NCBI GenBank assembly: GCA_964016885.1
Contig: OZ024743.1
Coordinates: 296,360,001 to 296,424,000, forward strand
Direction of reading: 5' to 3'
Origin: Eledone cirrhosa
Taxonomy: Eukaryota
Length of the DNA stretch: 64,000 bases
Numbering within the stretch: position 1 is the first letter of the stretch; the number at the start of each line of letters is the position of its first letter. A program made the translations under genes and the position numbers. The notes under the pieces were generated by a model. The model was not told the origin of the DNA. It worked only from the letters and a program-made list of their open reading frames with translations, and did no database searches. Positions 26,214 to 41,194 of the stretch are shown in pieces.

Positions 26214-26217
<4 letters not shown>
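25429..26217. mobile_element. ~1.3 tandem copies of a 542-bp unit plus terminal foldback, in (TA)n
   Basis: 25429-25592 = 25971-26134; 26132-26217 is the reverse complement of 25891-25976. Confidence 0.85.
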
Positions 26218-26271
<54 letters not shown>

Positions 26272-26682
26272 CTTCAGAACTCAGTTCGTTTACAATCATG
26301 TCTCTGTTTCTTTATGAAATGAAACTTTACGAAACTCGGGCTATTTCAGGATCAGGAATTATCAAGCAAACTATTTTATCAATATTAGGATCAATCTAAA
26401 CCTATTGTTCTAGGATGATTAAAATGTGATTATGAACTAGGGCTCGGTTTTCATTTTAAATTCTATAGAAAACAATATACTGTTCTCTTCTTTTTTTACC
26501 AAATACTTGATTTTTAGGCTATAATTCACCAAGTTATTCATCTTCATATTAAATACCCTGGCAGCCAAATCTGGTTTATTAAAAGTACCGATCAAAATAC
26601 CTCGCAATCTTTAGTTACATCTCTTATCTTCTGAATTTAAGTCCCATCTATGTTGATTCTGCCATTATAGTCGATATAATAT

Positions 26683-26860
26683 AATTGTCGGCTGAAAGGT
26701 TCATAGGCTGACTTTGAAGGAGTGATGCTTGAGCTGTGAAATCTTGTGTGCATTAATTTCAATTCTTCTTATTAATAACTGCATTGTTCTTTCCAGGGAC
26801 AATGTTGGTCATTCCATGAGAATATCTTGGTCAGCCTATGAACTTTTCAGCCGAACCTTG
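26683..26860. mobile_element. Mariner-type MITE
   Basis: TIR TCGGCTGAAA(A/G)GTTCATAGGCTGAC at both ends, TA flanks. Confidence 0.75.
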
Positions 26861-27683
26861 TATGTACCAGTAACATACTATATCTGGCCAAACCAAGATT
26901 CGTGGCACCGTGCAATAGTTGGGAATCAGAATTTAATTATGTCTTTATATATTCTTAATATAAATCCTATCAACGTTACCTTTGCCTTTCATATTCTGAA
27001 ACATATATAAGAAAAGTGTGCATGTAAAGAGAAAACACTATGTACCTGTAACAATGTAAAATAATCATTACCTAATACATTTGGATTTCAAATAAATTCT
27101 GCGATCATCTATACTTTTATCTCTCTGATTATTCATGTAATATGCAACAGGAATATATACTGCGAGTGATTTAATCGGCCTTAACTTTCTGTTGCAAGCA
27201 CGTGATTCTGGAACTCTTTATTTAATTGTGTTATATTTCGGGAAATGTTATAAGTCAGTCTGCTAGGAAACGAATAAGATTGCTTAGAGTTGTTGGAACC
27301 CCCGAGGGAATGTCTTGAGGTGTTTATACTAACTATATGTTCTCTGAGGTTAAATTCTGCTGAGGTCAACTTAGCCTTTCATCCTTTCAAGGTCGATGAA
27401 AAAAATCTACCAGTACAGGGCGACGCTTTGGCAGAATTGCTAGGGCGTCGGTCGAGATGCCTTACCGTATCTGCTCTATATCTGTGTGTTCAAAGTTCAA
27501 ATTCCGTCTAGGTGCTTATAGCTAGCGGCTAATCGCCCGTTCATATGAGCAACCCAACAAACCTGCAATTGAATAGTGTGCACAACTAACAAATATAAGA
27601 TGCCAATAAAATGCTGAAGATTCGTCCAGTAGTGGGTCGACAACGGCTGGATATAAACTTATAAATTATTCTGTTCTATATTT

Positions 27684-28665
27684 TACCGCAAGCCAACCTT
27701 CACTGGACGATACCTCAACTACAATTCCCACCATTGATACAGTGTAAAGAGAGGGATGGTTCAGTGTCTAAAACATCGAGCAAAGAATATAAGTAGCGAT
27801 CCTGATACAACCCACGAAGAAATGATCAAGCTGAGTAACAATTTGTTAAGCAACAACTATCCAAAAAAACATACTATCCACTCCAATTAGGAAGGGGAGA
27901 GAGGATGAAACGCAAAAATTGACCACAGTCTGTCTACCCCATGTAAAAGGTCTCTCGGAAAAGATACAAAAGATATGCGGTCCATATGACATCAGGACAG
28001 TATTCAAAAGAAATACAACACTTCGCAAATATATCCTTCGAGTAGAACCACCAATAGAAGAGGATATGACCAAAGACTGCGTGTACTCCATTCCATGCAG
28101 TTGTGGTAGGTTATACAAAGGCGAAACAAACCGCCCCCTCAAAATAAGGGTAGAAGAACATCGTAAAGCTGTGACACGAGGAGAGATCGATAAATCGGGT
28201 ATAGCTGATCATGTATGGAAAAATGAAAACCACCTTCCCCTGTGGGATGAAGTTAAAATAATAGACAGAGAACACCACTGGAAAACACGAAAACTAAAAT
28301 AGGCAGCACATATGCTAGGACACAATAACCTCCTAAGCAGACCTAACGCAGTATGGAACCTAGTACAGTAATATATGGGAACCGGTATTGAGGAAGGATA
28401 GAAAAATATCAGTTTATAAGCCCTAAAAATTCACGAGAAAAAAAAAAAAAAGAATCACGGGAAGAAAAAAAAATTGGTTAAAAAGCGGGCTACTAACCTC
28501 AAGATTCCGAGTACAATTCTAGGCAGTGACCTGAACAAACGTTAATAATAACATCACTAGGACACCTGATGAAGGCTGGAGAGTACATCAGCCGAAACGT
28601 TGTGTTAACAACAAAACAAGACGAGGACACCTATCCGTCCAATATATATCATGTTTATAAATTAT
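27684..28665 (+). mobile_element. 5'-truncated Penelope-like element: RT thumb, GIY-YIG endonuclease and 3' pLTR
   Basis: YRKPTFTGRYLNYNSHH*; CVYSIPCSCGRLYKGETNRPLKIRVEEH; KSGIADHVW; HHR downstream; stops and frameshifts. Confidence 0.92.
28561..28606 (+). ncRNA. Minimal type I HHR in PLE pLTR
   Basis: GACAC-CTGATGA-A-GGCTG...CAGCC-GAAAC-GTT-GTGTT. Confidence 0.85.
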
Positions 28666-29123
28666 TATTCGTTGGGACGTAATTAAAGGAATCCTAGACC
28701 TAAGATTTCATTAAATACGACTGACAAAGGAATCTGTACATCGGGGAACTGAAACACGCGCCCTACAAACTATGATTCGTGGCAAAACAATTTTTGTGAC
28801 TTTAAATGTGATAAAACTTTGATTTTGCTTTTGTTTTCTCTGTTTTAATAACATGTATAGTACAAAATATTGCAATTTAGTCATGAAATACAATAAAATG
28901 GAAAAAAATGGCATTTATATAAAGTGAAAACAGAAAAAAGGGAATTCTCTAAAATTAAAAACGGAACAAAGGAAACTTTTAAAAGGAAAATCATCGCGTC
29001 CCCTAATCTTTTTGTAGTAATTCCAATATCGCACTTATATGCAAACAATATATATATATGTGTGTGTATGTATATACAAATGTATCTACCTCTCTCTCTA
29101 TCTCTCTAGATAGATAGATAGAT

Positions 29124-31997
29124 ATGTTTCTTTATTAGCCACAGGGGCACAAAAGAAAGGGACAAATACAAAGGGGGAAGTTTACATACAATAAAAACGT
29201 GTAAAATGTTATCACAAATGCAATTTAAAAAATTAGTCGATTTTCCCCAATAGGGGGAGACAGTTCATATGGGTAACACATACCCCCGAAAAAATGTGCA
29301 ACCCTCATCTCCAGGAGTACGAAGAGTTTGTACTCCTTTCCTCTCCTCCTCCTTTTCCTCAACCTACAGGCTGATATAGAGAGAAGGCCCATTCACTCGG
29401 GCCATTCTCGCCACTTTCACCCACCTTTCATAAAACTTGCTGGGGTACAGCACCTCTCTCTCCATCCTGATTATTCTTCCAAAGTGGTATTTGAAAAAAA
29501 GAATCAGTTGTTGGCCGGAGAGAAAGGTGTCTGACCTCAGCCCTTTCAACCTTGTCCACCATACAACCTCTTTCGCCATAGCTATCACACAAAGGAAAAC
29601 CGCCTCTCCCTCGTTTTTGAAGGAGGGTGGCGGTTTGATCATGACAATGGACTCGGTGGTCAACCGGATTGGTCCCACCCGCGACAATAGTCGTTCTACA
29701 TAGCCCCACAGGTCGGTAACGCCCGGGCAGTGTATGAATGCGTGCGTGACGGTTTCTTCGTCTCGCACGCATCTCGGACAGATCTTTTTTGCAGGGTCCC
29801 TGCCCGGGCGCCCATGTCTGTAGAGCTTGTCTCGAAGTGGTAGAGCTCCTCGGTAGCACTGCCAGGCCAGGGACTTTTAGAAGTTGTCCATCGGTCCCGG
29901 GCGGAAGGTCCTACCGAACAGACTGGCCAGTTCATCTTCCTCTACGCCTAGAGTTAAACCGAGCCCGTCGTCGCACTTGCTGCGGATCAATCCGCTATAG
30001 AATGACGAAAGTGGAGTCTCCACTGATCGCTGGGTCCGCCTGCCAGAGGACTGTGAGCGCCTGAGCACATTCGATGTGCCAGTCGCCCATTTTCCTCGGT
30101 CTTTGCTTGACCCAGGACTGCAGCTCGGTCAGCGAGACGAGTCGTGGGAAGGCTTGCCTCACGAACGGGGCCCACACCCGTTGTCTGGTGAGGAATACGT
30201 GGAGGTGCCGCAGCCTGAGCTCGTGTTTGCGCATCGTCAGCCACGGCCTCCCCAGCCCTCCGTTTGAAGGGTGTTGGCAGCAGTTGGATCTTCTCACCAA
30301 AGGAGCCCGTTTCTTCCAAAGGAATTGAAAGAGCGCGTGCTCCATTTTGGTGAGCGTTTTGGCTGGACAAGGCACGACGGTCAAGCGGTAGTAGATGACG
30401 GACGCTATAAAAGTGTTCGCCACCTCCGCTCGACCTTTCAAGGATAGTTTGCACTCGGCCCACTTCTGGGTGAGCGCAAACACCTTGGCGTCACCTCGTT
30501 CCAGTTCTTCTCCACCTGGAGGTCTGGACCAAACCAGACCCCGAGCAGCTTTACCGGTCCTTCCGTCCAGCGTCCGACGACGTCATCGGAAGGCATCATC
30601 GGTTTGCCTCTCCACGTTCCGAGTTGCAAACCGACGGATTTGTCCCGGTTCAGCTTCGCTCCTGTGAACCTTTCGTATTCCTCCAGTAAGGTGCCGATCT
30701 CCCCGATTTGCGAGGTGCTCGACACCATTACTGTCACGTCGTCGGCGTAGGCCGACGCCGCTTTTCGCAGTCTCGGTTCCAAAGGGATGCCCTGCAATAG
30801 CTCCACCCTCCGAAGTAGTGGCTCGAGGATCAGTACGTACAGAAGGGAGGAAAGAGGGCATCCCTGTCGGATGGATCGCGTGATATCGAACGGCTCTGAG
30901 AGGTAGCCGTTCACCTTGACCCTTGAGCAGATGTTGCTGCTGTGCATTACAGCAATCCAGCCCCTGAACACGGGTCCGATGCCCGCCGCCTCGAGCACCG
31001 CATCCAGGTAACGATGGTCAACCCTATCGAAAGCCTTAGACTGATCCAAGTTGATCAGGGCCCCACCGAAGCCGGGTTTACACCCTACCCTCTTTATGAT
31101 GTATCGCATGAGGTGGAGGTTGTCGTGTATGGACCTGGTCGGGATTGCGCATGTCTGTGCTTCTCTCACCAGGTTTTCGACGACAAGCGCCAGCCTCTTT
31201 GCCAACACCTTGGCCAAAATCTGTAACTCTGTGTTGAGCAGAGTTATGGGCCGGAAGTTGCCTATGTCATCCCCCTTGTTCTCGTCCTTCCTGACTAACC
31301 TGATTACGCCCTTGGTCACAGAACTGGGAATTCTCCCGTTCTGCTGGCAGTTGCAGTAGACCGCTTCCAGGAGACCGGAGAATAAGTCCGGCATTGCTAC
31401 GTAAAATTCGTAGGATAGACCGTCGAGACCTGGAGATTTGCGTTTGCCGCATTGGCTCAGCGCGTCCCCTATCTCAGCGGCCGAAATCGGCCTTTCGCAG
31501 AACTTCGCCTCGCTGTCCGAGAGTCGCGGTAGGCCGTCGAGATATGAACCGAAATCCATAGCCCCTCCCGGCGCGCCGCCCTGCCCGAACAGATGAGCAA
31601 AGTGTCCCTGAAAGGCCGCGCACATTTGCTTCGGCTCACGTATCACGCGTCCATCTTGGTCCTTCAAAGACCAAATCGTGGACTTGTTGCCACTTTTCAC
31701 CTCCGTCACTCGGGCCCAGCTAACAGCTTTGGCTCCCTCGTTTCCCAGAGCACGTATTTTGCTTCTGACAACGCAGCCTTCATGCTTTGCGTCGAAGAAC
31801 TGGTCCAAGGCCGTTCTCGTCGCTAGCACGCTGGCTACGTTACCACTCCTAAGTGCCTCTTCTACTTTATCTACCAGTTCCTTTTCGGTCTTATTTCTAT
31901 CTAACACTAATTCTTTACTAAAACCTATCGAGTCTAATCTAACTGCCCTCTTGAGAGAGTACCACCATCTGTTGTTGACAATGGCCCCCGTCAAGTG
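29124..31997 (-). mobile_element. 5'-truncated Tx1/L1-clade LINE (ORF2 RT with frameshifts, 3'UTR), 18-bp TSD
   Basis: KSPGLDG, FRPITLLNT, LDQSKAFDRVDH, IRQGCPLS, AYADD, ETVTHAFIHC; TSD CTAGATAGATAGATAGAT at 29106-29123 and 31998-32015. Confidence 0.95.
30438..31994 (-). pseudogene. Tx1 ORF2 reverse transcriptase (largest open segment; continues in 29995..30483 and 29364..29768)
   Basis: RT motifs present; APE domain lost by 5' truncation. Confidence 0.9.
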
Positions 31998-32015
31998 CTA
32001 GATAGATAGATAGAT

Positions 32016-33063
32016 GCATAAAAATTATCAAGGATTCGACAACAAAATAATATGTGCACATAATAGATGGTATCAATCAGAGGAACAAAGATCAAAAAGG
32101 CTTGCTGAAGATAGGACAATGGAAGCAACCTTTCGTCAAGAGGAATCAGGAGGTGTACGAAAGTCATTAAGACAGGAAATGGAGAGAAATACAGCAGCTC
32201 ATGGGCTGCATGAAGAAATGGAAGCTCAAACAAATCAAAGGATATGAGAACAGAGAGCAAAAACAGAAGATTTATGATTTTAATAGGTTGCCGAGTGGAA
32301 CTTTGCTGCTTTTAGTTACAATACATATCAAGACTATGCCTCAGAACCTTTAATTTGAATTTCCTCAATGAACAAAATTTGTCTAAATTGTGGTGCTAAA
32401 ATATGGAATGGTGAATCAACGGGACTGTGCTGTTTAAATGGAAAGATTAGGTTTAGACTGTTACCTAAGCCGCCAGAACTCTTGAGCGGAGTGCTGATTG
32501 GTACAACTACTAAATCAATACACTTTCTTCAAAATATCCAGAAGTACAATAATGCATTCCAAATGATATTATTTGGTGAAAATGTTATCCATGAAGGTGA
32601 CTTTATACTACTTTCCAAGATCCAATGTGTACCACAGAATTGGACCACTTCAGCCACTTTCAGAAGAAGAACCAAAATATTTAAAATTGTATTTCATCAG
32701 TGATATGAAAACCCAAGCACAGCCATGATAGGAAAGGAATAAAGAAATTAAGTATGAAATCATATTGTAACTAAAAGATGTTAGATAAAAGAAACAGTTA
32801 TATTAGAAGTTTCAAATATACCCTAGGAAAAGTTATAAATGAAATGTGTGGTTTGGCAGTATCGGTAGAGGGTAGGACAACAGGCTTTGCAGCACAAAGT
32901 TACGCCCCTTTCTGGTCTGAGTTCAAATCCTGCCGAGGTTAACTTTGCCTTTCATCCTTACAGGGACGATAAAATAAAGTACCAGTAATGCACTGGGATA
33001 ATTGGTGGTCTTGTGCCAAAAGTAGAAACAATTATTTTCTTTAACGCCGGGTACTTCTGCTAG
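32016..33063 (+). mobile_element. Deleted Helitron (RepHel N-terminal fragment and 3' end), SINE inserted at 32846-33033
   Basis: MNKICLNCGAKIWNGE..GLCCLNGK...PPELL...HFLQNIQKYNNAFQM; 3' terminus AACGCCGGGTACTTCTGCTAG|T. Confidence 0.85.
32846..33033 (+). mobile_element. SINE family A
   Basis: Family motifs. Confidence 0.9.
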
Positions 33064-33553
33064 TGTATATATATATATATATGCAAACATGTGTGTTAGT
33101 GTGTATGTGTGTATGTGGGTGGGGGATAATTATGTCCTGGATCGATTATGTCTAATGATTGAAATCAATAAAATTATCAACGAATATTGAATTTTAACAA
33201 GCGCAAAAGCCATAGATTTCATGTGAAAAATGACAACCATTGAAGTGATTCCAGCATAATTTTTATTTATTGGCAGTTACCCCAGCGAGACGTCAAGTAA
33301 TCAGCCCAAGAGCAGTCTCTAGCCAAGAGTCTGATTTCCAAAAATGATCAGCAGAAGATTTAAACGAATTGTGATTATATCTACCAGGAAAACAAGAAAA
33401 ACGTTCCATAGGACAGAATGAAACTACTAGAGTAGACATTCTTCTTACAAGAAAGACCAACTGCTGTGAAAGTATGAGAATTAGTAGAAAGACAAAGCAC
33501 TTGATTCAGAAACACACACACACATGTATACGTACATATGTCTATATATGTGT

Positions 33554-33636
<83 letters not shown>

Positions 33637-34254
33637 ATAGAAACAAGGACAATACTGAGAGTTCCAGTGAACTGATGAAAAGGAGAAGAAACAAGTGAAT
33701 AAAGTTCGGTAGAACAACAAAATTATAGAATAGAAATAAAGAAACACTGTCTTAGAAATTTGAAATTAAGTTAAAGACTTTCTTGAGAGCAGAGGCTCAT
33801 CAAGTTGGAGCTCATCTGGATTCAATGGCCTTAATCGACTGAGGGTTCAAGATTCCTCCATGGACAAAACGTTGTCTGTTTGAATGTTAACTCTCAGCTG
33901 CATCTCTTAATTATTATTGGCTGACTGTACAGGAAAAACGTGAAATAAAGTGTCTTGTTCAAAGACAAAATGCTCTATTCAGTCAAAGGACCGAACATGT
34001 GATCATAAGACCAACACAATAACCCCCATACCATACACCTTCAGACCGATACTTCTTTTATGGACCCTGGACGGATGAAAAAGCAAGATGATATATGGCC
34101 TGCTTTGATTTCAGAATGTAAATACAAGTAATACTGTTGTCCATCTTTGGTACAAGACAACAGTATCTAAAGGCAGTGTGTAGTCGATATACTCAATCCC
34201 TTTTACAATCTTGTCACGTACTTACTTTACCGCTATAAACGCTAATATAAAGTT

Positions 34255-34425
34255 GACGAATCGGCAGAGTCGTTAGAATGTCGGGTAGATTGCTTTGCAG
34301 TATACGTTCCAGCTCTCTGCGCTCTCTTAATTCCAATCCCGCCATGATCAACTTTGCATTTCCTCCTTTGAGGTTGATAAAAAAAAGTGTAAGTACAATA
34401 CTGAGGTAGATTGTATCTCTCTCTC
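34255..34425 (+). mobile_element. Old SINE family A-related copy
   Basis: GGCAGAGTCGTTAGAATGTCGG head, AACTTTGCATTTC core. Confidence 0.65.
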
Positions 34426-34875
34426 TCGGGAAGAAATTGTCTGATTTCTGACCTGGAGGGGTATAGATTCTTCTAGGTTTAAAAATGCCCAAGTTGGTTA
34501 TTACAGCGCCTCAACGACCCCATCAGGAGTTACGGTTCTAAAGAGATATATTGTGAGAATATGTGTACATATGTATGTTCGTTGAAGTGTATATATATAT
34601 ATGTACAGAAATGCATAAAAAGGAAAAACCACACATTTGACAAACGAGTGATACGAATTCGCACCTACGTATTTGATTTTACGGAAATGTTCGTTGCACG
34701 TTTTAACAGATAAAATCAAAAGTAGCGACTACCATAGTTACTCATAGAAGTTGTGTGTACTTAGTTGATAGTTAACTGCAATACGAAGGCGGGGGAATTA
34801 AATACCGCAAAACTGTCTTGTCCACCTCTATATTTCTGCTACTCCGCCATTGTTTATATAATATACATATATATA

Positions 34876-34953
<78 letters not shown>

Positions 34954-34959
34954 TTAATA

Positions 34960-36845
34960 TAAGGAACTGTTTCATTGTTTTTATTCATTGTTTTTATTAA
35001 TTTATCTTGACTCTGTTTTCCTGTGATTTTCATCGAAAAGATTTTTGAATACATCTTCTCTTTTCATGATATTTGGATTACATTGAGTTCTTCATACGGA
35101 TTGGAAATTACCGTATATTTTGGTAGATTTATCTACATACTTTGCTCCTAATTTTATACAGGTATTCATATTTTAATATATATTTTTTATATTTATATAT
35201 ATAATTTTATAACTCCCTATATATATAGTTGAGCTCTCTTTCTTGTCCATTATCCATATTACAATGGAAAAACAATACTTGGGAACATCTTTAAAGAATA
35301 TACCAATACCTTCTAAGGATGAATTCTTACTTCTTATGATACCAAAAACCAACCAATTCATCAAAAGGGTCAGATGGAGGGCCTACCACTTTGATAAAAA
35401 AACAAAATGTACAGATAAGAAATATTTATATGATTTCACTACATATAAGAACCCACCACACAACTCCTTGCTTGAAAACTTCGAGAAAGACCTTTTTAAC
35501 TTAATCAAACACCTCAAATTTAAGAAATATAAATCTAATTTTCAAAAGGATCTTGATTCTACCCTATTGGATCTAAAAAAATCTAACAAAATCCATGTCC
35601 ACTCTGACAAAACTGGAAATCTGTACCACATATAAAGATCTCAGGAAAAATTATTTTAAAAAAAACAAATAATGCGGCACTTACCAATATCAACAACAAA
35701 ACACACAACATAGTAAATAAAGTCAATATTGAAGATAGAACTGAACCTTTGGCACTGAAAAAAACACATTTTAACCTGAAAGATCACAAATCTAATTTTA
35801 ACTCTAATCCTTCTATAAGACTTCTATGCCCTTCCAAATCTGACATTGGCATCATTAGTAAAAAGATTTTAGATAGAGTCATCCCACAATTAAGAAAACA
35901 TGTTAATTTACCACTCTGGGAAAACATCCCAGGTAATTAACTGGTTTACTAATATTAGAAATAAATCATCTGCTTCATTTCTACAATTCGATATAGATGC
36001 TTATTATCCCTCTATATCACCCATACTCCTGAATAAAGCCTTGATATTTGCCAAAAATAGATCAAACTTAACTATGGATGACATTAATATTATCACGCAC
36101 GCTAGACAAACACTACTGGAATTTCAGAAGGAATACAGGACCAGAAATACATATAGTAATTTATTCGACATTACTATGGGCTCTAGTGATTCTGCCCAAA
36201 TTACCGATCTTGTGGGCCTCTTTCTTCTATTTAACATAAATGCTTCTTTTCCCCACCTTAAAGGTGGTTTATATCGTGATGACTGTCTTCTTCTTTCCAC
36301 TAACCTTAGCCTATCAGAAATTGAAAAAAATAAAAAAACTTAGAACTTTCCTCAAAGACTATTATAGTCTCACTATTACATTTGAAAACACCAGTAAAGT
36401 AGTTAATTTCCTTGATATAACGTTAGACTTATCTACGGGTATCTACCATAAACCTAACCAAAACTTACATTACATACACTCACAATCCAATCACCCTAGA
36501 TCTATCCTTAAAAACCTAGCATATAATATCTCACTCAGAATTTCTAACCTTTCATCTAACCAGGATGTATTCGATAAAAATGCGACCTTTTATAACGAAG
36601 CTTTAGCTAGAAGCGGCCACAAAAACAAATTAGTCTATCTACCTTGTACCAATAATACTACAAACATACAACCCAATATTACCAACAAACACCAAATGAA
36701 AAATACACACCTAAATGCCACTCACACTATACCCAAAAATACTAACCTAAAACTTACTTTCTCTACCTCTTCTCACAAAACAATATAATAACTTTCAAAA
36801 AACCATTCATCCTAATACTCCAATATATCTTAATAACATTACTAA
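34960..36845 (+). mobile_element. Penelope-like element (Neptune-like): partial 5' pLTR and disrupted RT ORF from ATG 35264, GIY-YIG missing
   Basis: SLKNIPIP..KRVRWRA; LKDHKSNF.SNPSIRLLCPSKSDIG; FDIDAYYPSI; ITMGSSD; GLYRDD; VNFLDITL; SNHP. Confidence 0.92.
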
Positions 36846-36849
36846 CAAA

Positions 36850-36937
36850 TTGCCTTTCATCCTTACGGGGTCGATAAAATAAAGTACCAGTAATGCACTG
36901 GGTAATTGCTGGCCTTGTGCCTAAAGTAGAAACAATT
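36850..36937 (+). mobile_element. SINE family A 3' half
   Basis: Family motifs; flanking TTACTAACAAA repeated on both sides (TSD). Confidence 0.85.
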
Positions 36938-36959
36938 ACTAACAAAATTCCTAATAATC

Positions 36960-37396
36960 AGACATTGTTCTGCACGCTCCACATATGACGTATTATCTTC
37001 GTTTTTTCCGTTCATTGCCAGAGAACGTCTTTATGAATCACCTAAGAGAACATTAGTCTACGACTTCTTTTATACCATAAACGTGGTTCTGTCTTTGCGT
37101 GTAATGACGTATTATATTCGTTTTTTCCCGTTCTTTGCCAGGGAACGTTTTCACGAACCAAAGTATCGTCTTCCTGTCTTCCTCCGGTTGCAACGTTTTT
37201 TTAAATATCCACTTCTGCGTTTACAGATTAACTTTGTTAGTTTCAGAAGATCCCGTTAAGGGTGAAAGCAGCGATTCTTTGCTTAAACTTTAATCTGTTA
37301 TTTTAATAAATATTTGCTCTACGGTTCTTATATATTTGATATATAGTTATCCTTATCGAGCCCTCTTTGGATTTTAGTCTTCAAATTTATTATTAT

Positions 37397-37400
<4 letters not shown>
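36960..37400 (+). mobile_element. pLTR-like element ending in (TA)n; same family at 1-32 and 45160-45347
   Basis: Shared end GGATTTTAGTCTTCA.ATTTATTATTATTACT; HHR-like CAGAAGA-T-CCCGTTAAGGG-T-GAAA. Confidence 0.65.
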
Positions 37401-37439
<39 letters not shown>

Positions 37440-37949
37440 CATTGATAACTAAAGTAAGACAGTCTAAATTAATGATCTTCCTCGAAGCTACATAAACTCA
37501 CCTACAGTGTTTATATTACGGTCTAGGGCGCCATAATTCACCTCCTCAATGAGTAGATAATCCTTTATTCAAAACATTATTTCACTAATCAATCTTTACA
37601 CGTCAAGCAACCTTCATTAAATCTAATTAAGAACTACCAGTTACCTATCTCTGTCCTCGTTACATTAATTTATTAAATGGTTTAGTCTTAGCCTATAGGT
37701 ATCTTTATATATATGAAAATAAAAATCAACTTCATATAAACATACGCAACCAGGTAACGCACGCCATGTGTCTGTCTGACTGGCTGTATGTATGTATGTA
37801 TGTATCAATCTATCTATCTCCATCTATGTATCTCTATCTCTCTCTATATATATAATACATTTACATATACATATACATATATATTTACACAAATATATAT
37901 ATACATATATACTATATATACACACATAATTATATATATATACACACTC

Positions 37950-37981
<32 letters not shown>

Positions 37982-38147
37982 ATATATATATGCTCACTCC
38001 ACTTTCCCCTTCACAGCTCTGTATACACACAAACACACCCCTATATTAACATACTTTTGCTCATAGCTTCGTACTTACATGCACACACACTCTTTTACTC
38101 ACATATACACACACATTTCTTCTCAACTTCGTACGGACGTATAATAA

Positions 38148-38189
<42 letters not shown>

Positions 38190-38401
38190 TATGCACGTGC
38201 ACAAGTATAGCTCTTTTTTTTCCATTTCAGGTAGACACGCGCCATCATCCACTTTTCTAAAAAAATAAATCACACACAAAACGCCAGCACCAACAGTTTT
38301 GCAAGAGATGTCAACATGAATGGACCTGTTATTTTTATCTAAAGACAATTTTTCCAATTCCAACCCGTCCGTTCCCTCAATCTATCTTATTTCTCATTCT
38401 T

Positions 38402-38437
38402 TCTTCTGGTGAAGGACTAGCGTCCGAAACGTTAAGA
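38402..38437 (+). ncRNA. Minimal type I HHR with A6G core substitution
   Basis: TCTT-CTGGTGA-A-GGACTAGCGTCC-GAAAC-GTT-AAGA. Confidence 0.7.
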
Positions 38438-39129
38438 CCCTCTTCCTGCTATATCAAACGTTAACCTAATATATCCCTTCCATATACTGTACCGATTGTG
38501 TTGTTAAACTAACTGTTGTGGAACTACTTCCATATATATATATATATACAATTCGGAACGGAAATAACTGAATGAAATACCACATAGCATATCACCCGGC
38601 GTTCTATTAATTCCCCCAATCCATAGCCCTTGGGTTGTACTAAAGAATAAAAGAAAAAGTTCAACTCACGATAAGATTTGAACTTTGACCGCAAAGAGCT
38701 GGAAGGAATAACGCAAGACGTTTTGTCCAATATTCTAATAAGTTTGCCAATTCCTCGCTTCAATATTTTATCGATTTTGACTTTGATACTGTCGAATAAT
38801 GTGATGTTTTCGTTTTCATGTTGAGTAGCCACTACTTGATGATTAAAAACAATAAACCGACATCAAAACAGTCAAAGATATTCAGCTTATTATTACGATG
38901 ACTTAAAGACTATCAAAGCTCAGGTGTCGGTGTTACATTATCATATGTTTTATTCTTTTGTTCTTTTACTGGTTTCAGTCAATATACTGCAGCTATAGAT
39001 TCTGTCGATTACAATTTTTTTTTTTTTTTTCAGATTTAGTACTTTATTTCTTCTGACCATATTGCAGTGTTTTGGTGGTCTTATTCGCGCCTTTCACCAA
39101 ATTGGTACTTTTCTCAGACCCGCGAAGTT

Positions 39130-39608
39130 AGAGTATCTCATGATGGAAAAGTTCAAATATCTGAAGGTAGAGTTTCGAGTATCATGGGATAATGTTCACG
39201 AGTAATGGTAGGCAGGAAGCTGAACTAAGTACAAGAATTTCTGGAACTGCTGCAGTAATCCGCTAGCTTCAGCATTCGGTAATCAGAGAAAGAGAGCCAG
39301 GCGTAGAAGCCAAACACGCTATCTTCAATTCGGCATTCGTACCAACCCTTACCTATGGTCATAAATCTTGAGTAATGATCGAAAGAATACGATCGCGAAT
39401 AGAAGCCGCCGAAATGTAGTGCCTTCAGAGGGTCTTTGGATAATTAGTACTCGAGAGTGCGTAGCTCGATCAGAGAATCATTCCAGGTGGAGCCGCTACT
39501 TCTCCGAATTAAGAGATCACAGCTCCGATACAATGGGCATGTGGGTAGAATGTCCCAGAAAAGAATCACTGGACAAATTTTACAGATAAAACCAACAAGT
39601 AGGAGTCC
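39130..39608 (+). mobile_element. RTE-clade LINE C-terminal fragment
   Basis: KFKYL; FVPTLTYG; [31 protein letters not shown]. Confidence 0.85.
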
Positions 39609-39610
39609 CA

Positions 39611-39663
<53 letters not shown>

Positions 39664-39670
39664 TATATAT

Positions 39671-39763
<93 letters not shown>

Positions 39764-40067
39764 TATATGAGAGCAAATTGTAGTTTACTTGAAGCATTGC
39801 GTAATGAGGTATAAACGTTTGGAGTTAGAAGGCCAAAACAATGCAGGTATGAATATAGAATATAAATACAAATGCAAAAGATATTGCTGACAATTAGTCT
39901 TTTACCTTAAATTTATTTGAATATCCTTAACGTATGTTGATGTCCTAAGGACAGACACTGGTCTGTTGGAGACGCAGAACATGGCAGCGATAATGAGGGA
40001 CAGAGACCGCTGGAGAGAACTCCTCCATGGATCTCGGGAATTTTATCCGCCGTATATATATATATAT

Positions 40068-40220
40068 ATACAAATATATTACACAAAGAGAAGTGTGTTA
40101 TACAGTGAGATGTGTGTAAAGAATTATTACAAGTGAGTTTTACCGTAAAACTCACTTGTAATAATTCTTTACACACATCTCACTGTGTAACACACTTCTC
40201 TTTGGGTAATATATTTGTAT
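40068..40220. repeat. Palindrome, 76-bp arms, 1-nt centre at 40144; insert continues to ~40312
   Basis: Direct reverse-complement match between TA runs. Confidence 0.95.
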
Positions 40221-40312
40221 TTGAGCTCAGAAGAAAATTCTCTATTCTTCTTTGAGCTAATATTATTATTATTATTACTGTGAACTGCGGAATACTCTTA
40301 ATTCCGATCCTA

Positions 40313-41065
<753 letters not shown>

Positions 41066-41194
41066 AAATAGGGGGAGGGGCATGCACAATTTATTTCAGT
41101 TAATTGCATACACTCTATGATTGAAGTTCGTATGTAAATAACCAGAATATGCAATTAAACCATTTTTCATACTGTATGTTTGCATGTGTGTGCT

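Noticed and set aside
27659-28666. TTATAAATTATT as TSD of the Penelope fragment
   Set aside because: AT-only 12-mer, offset from the coding junction; may be chance
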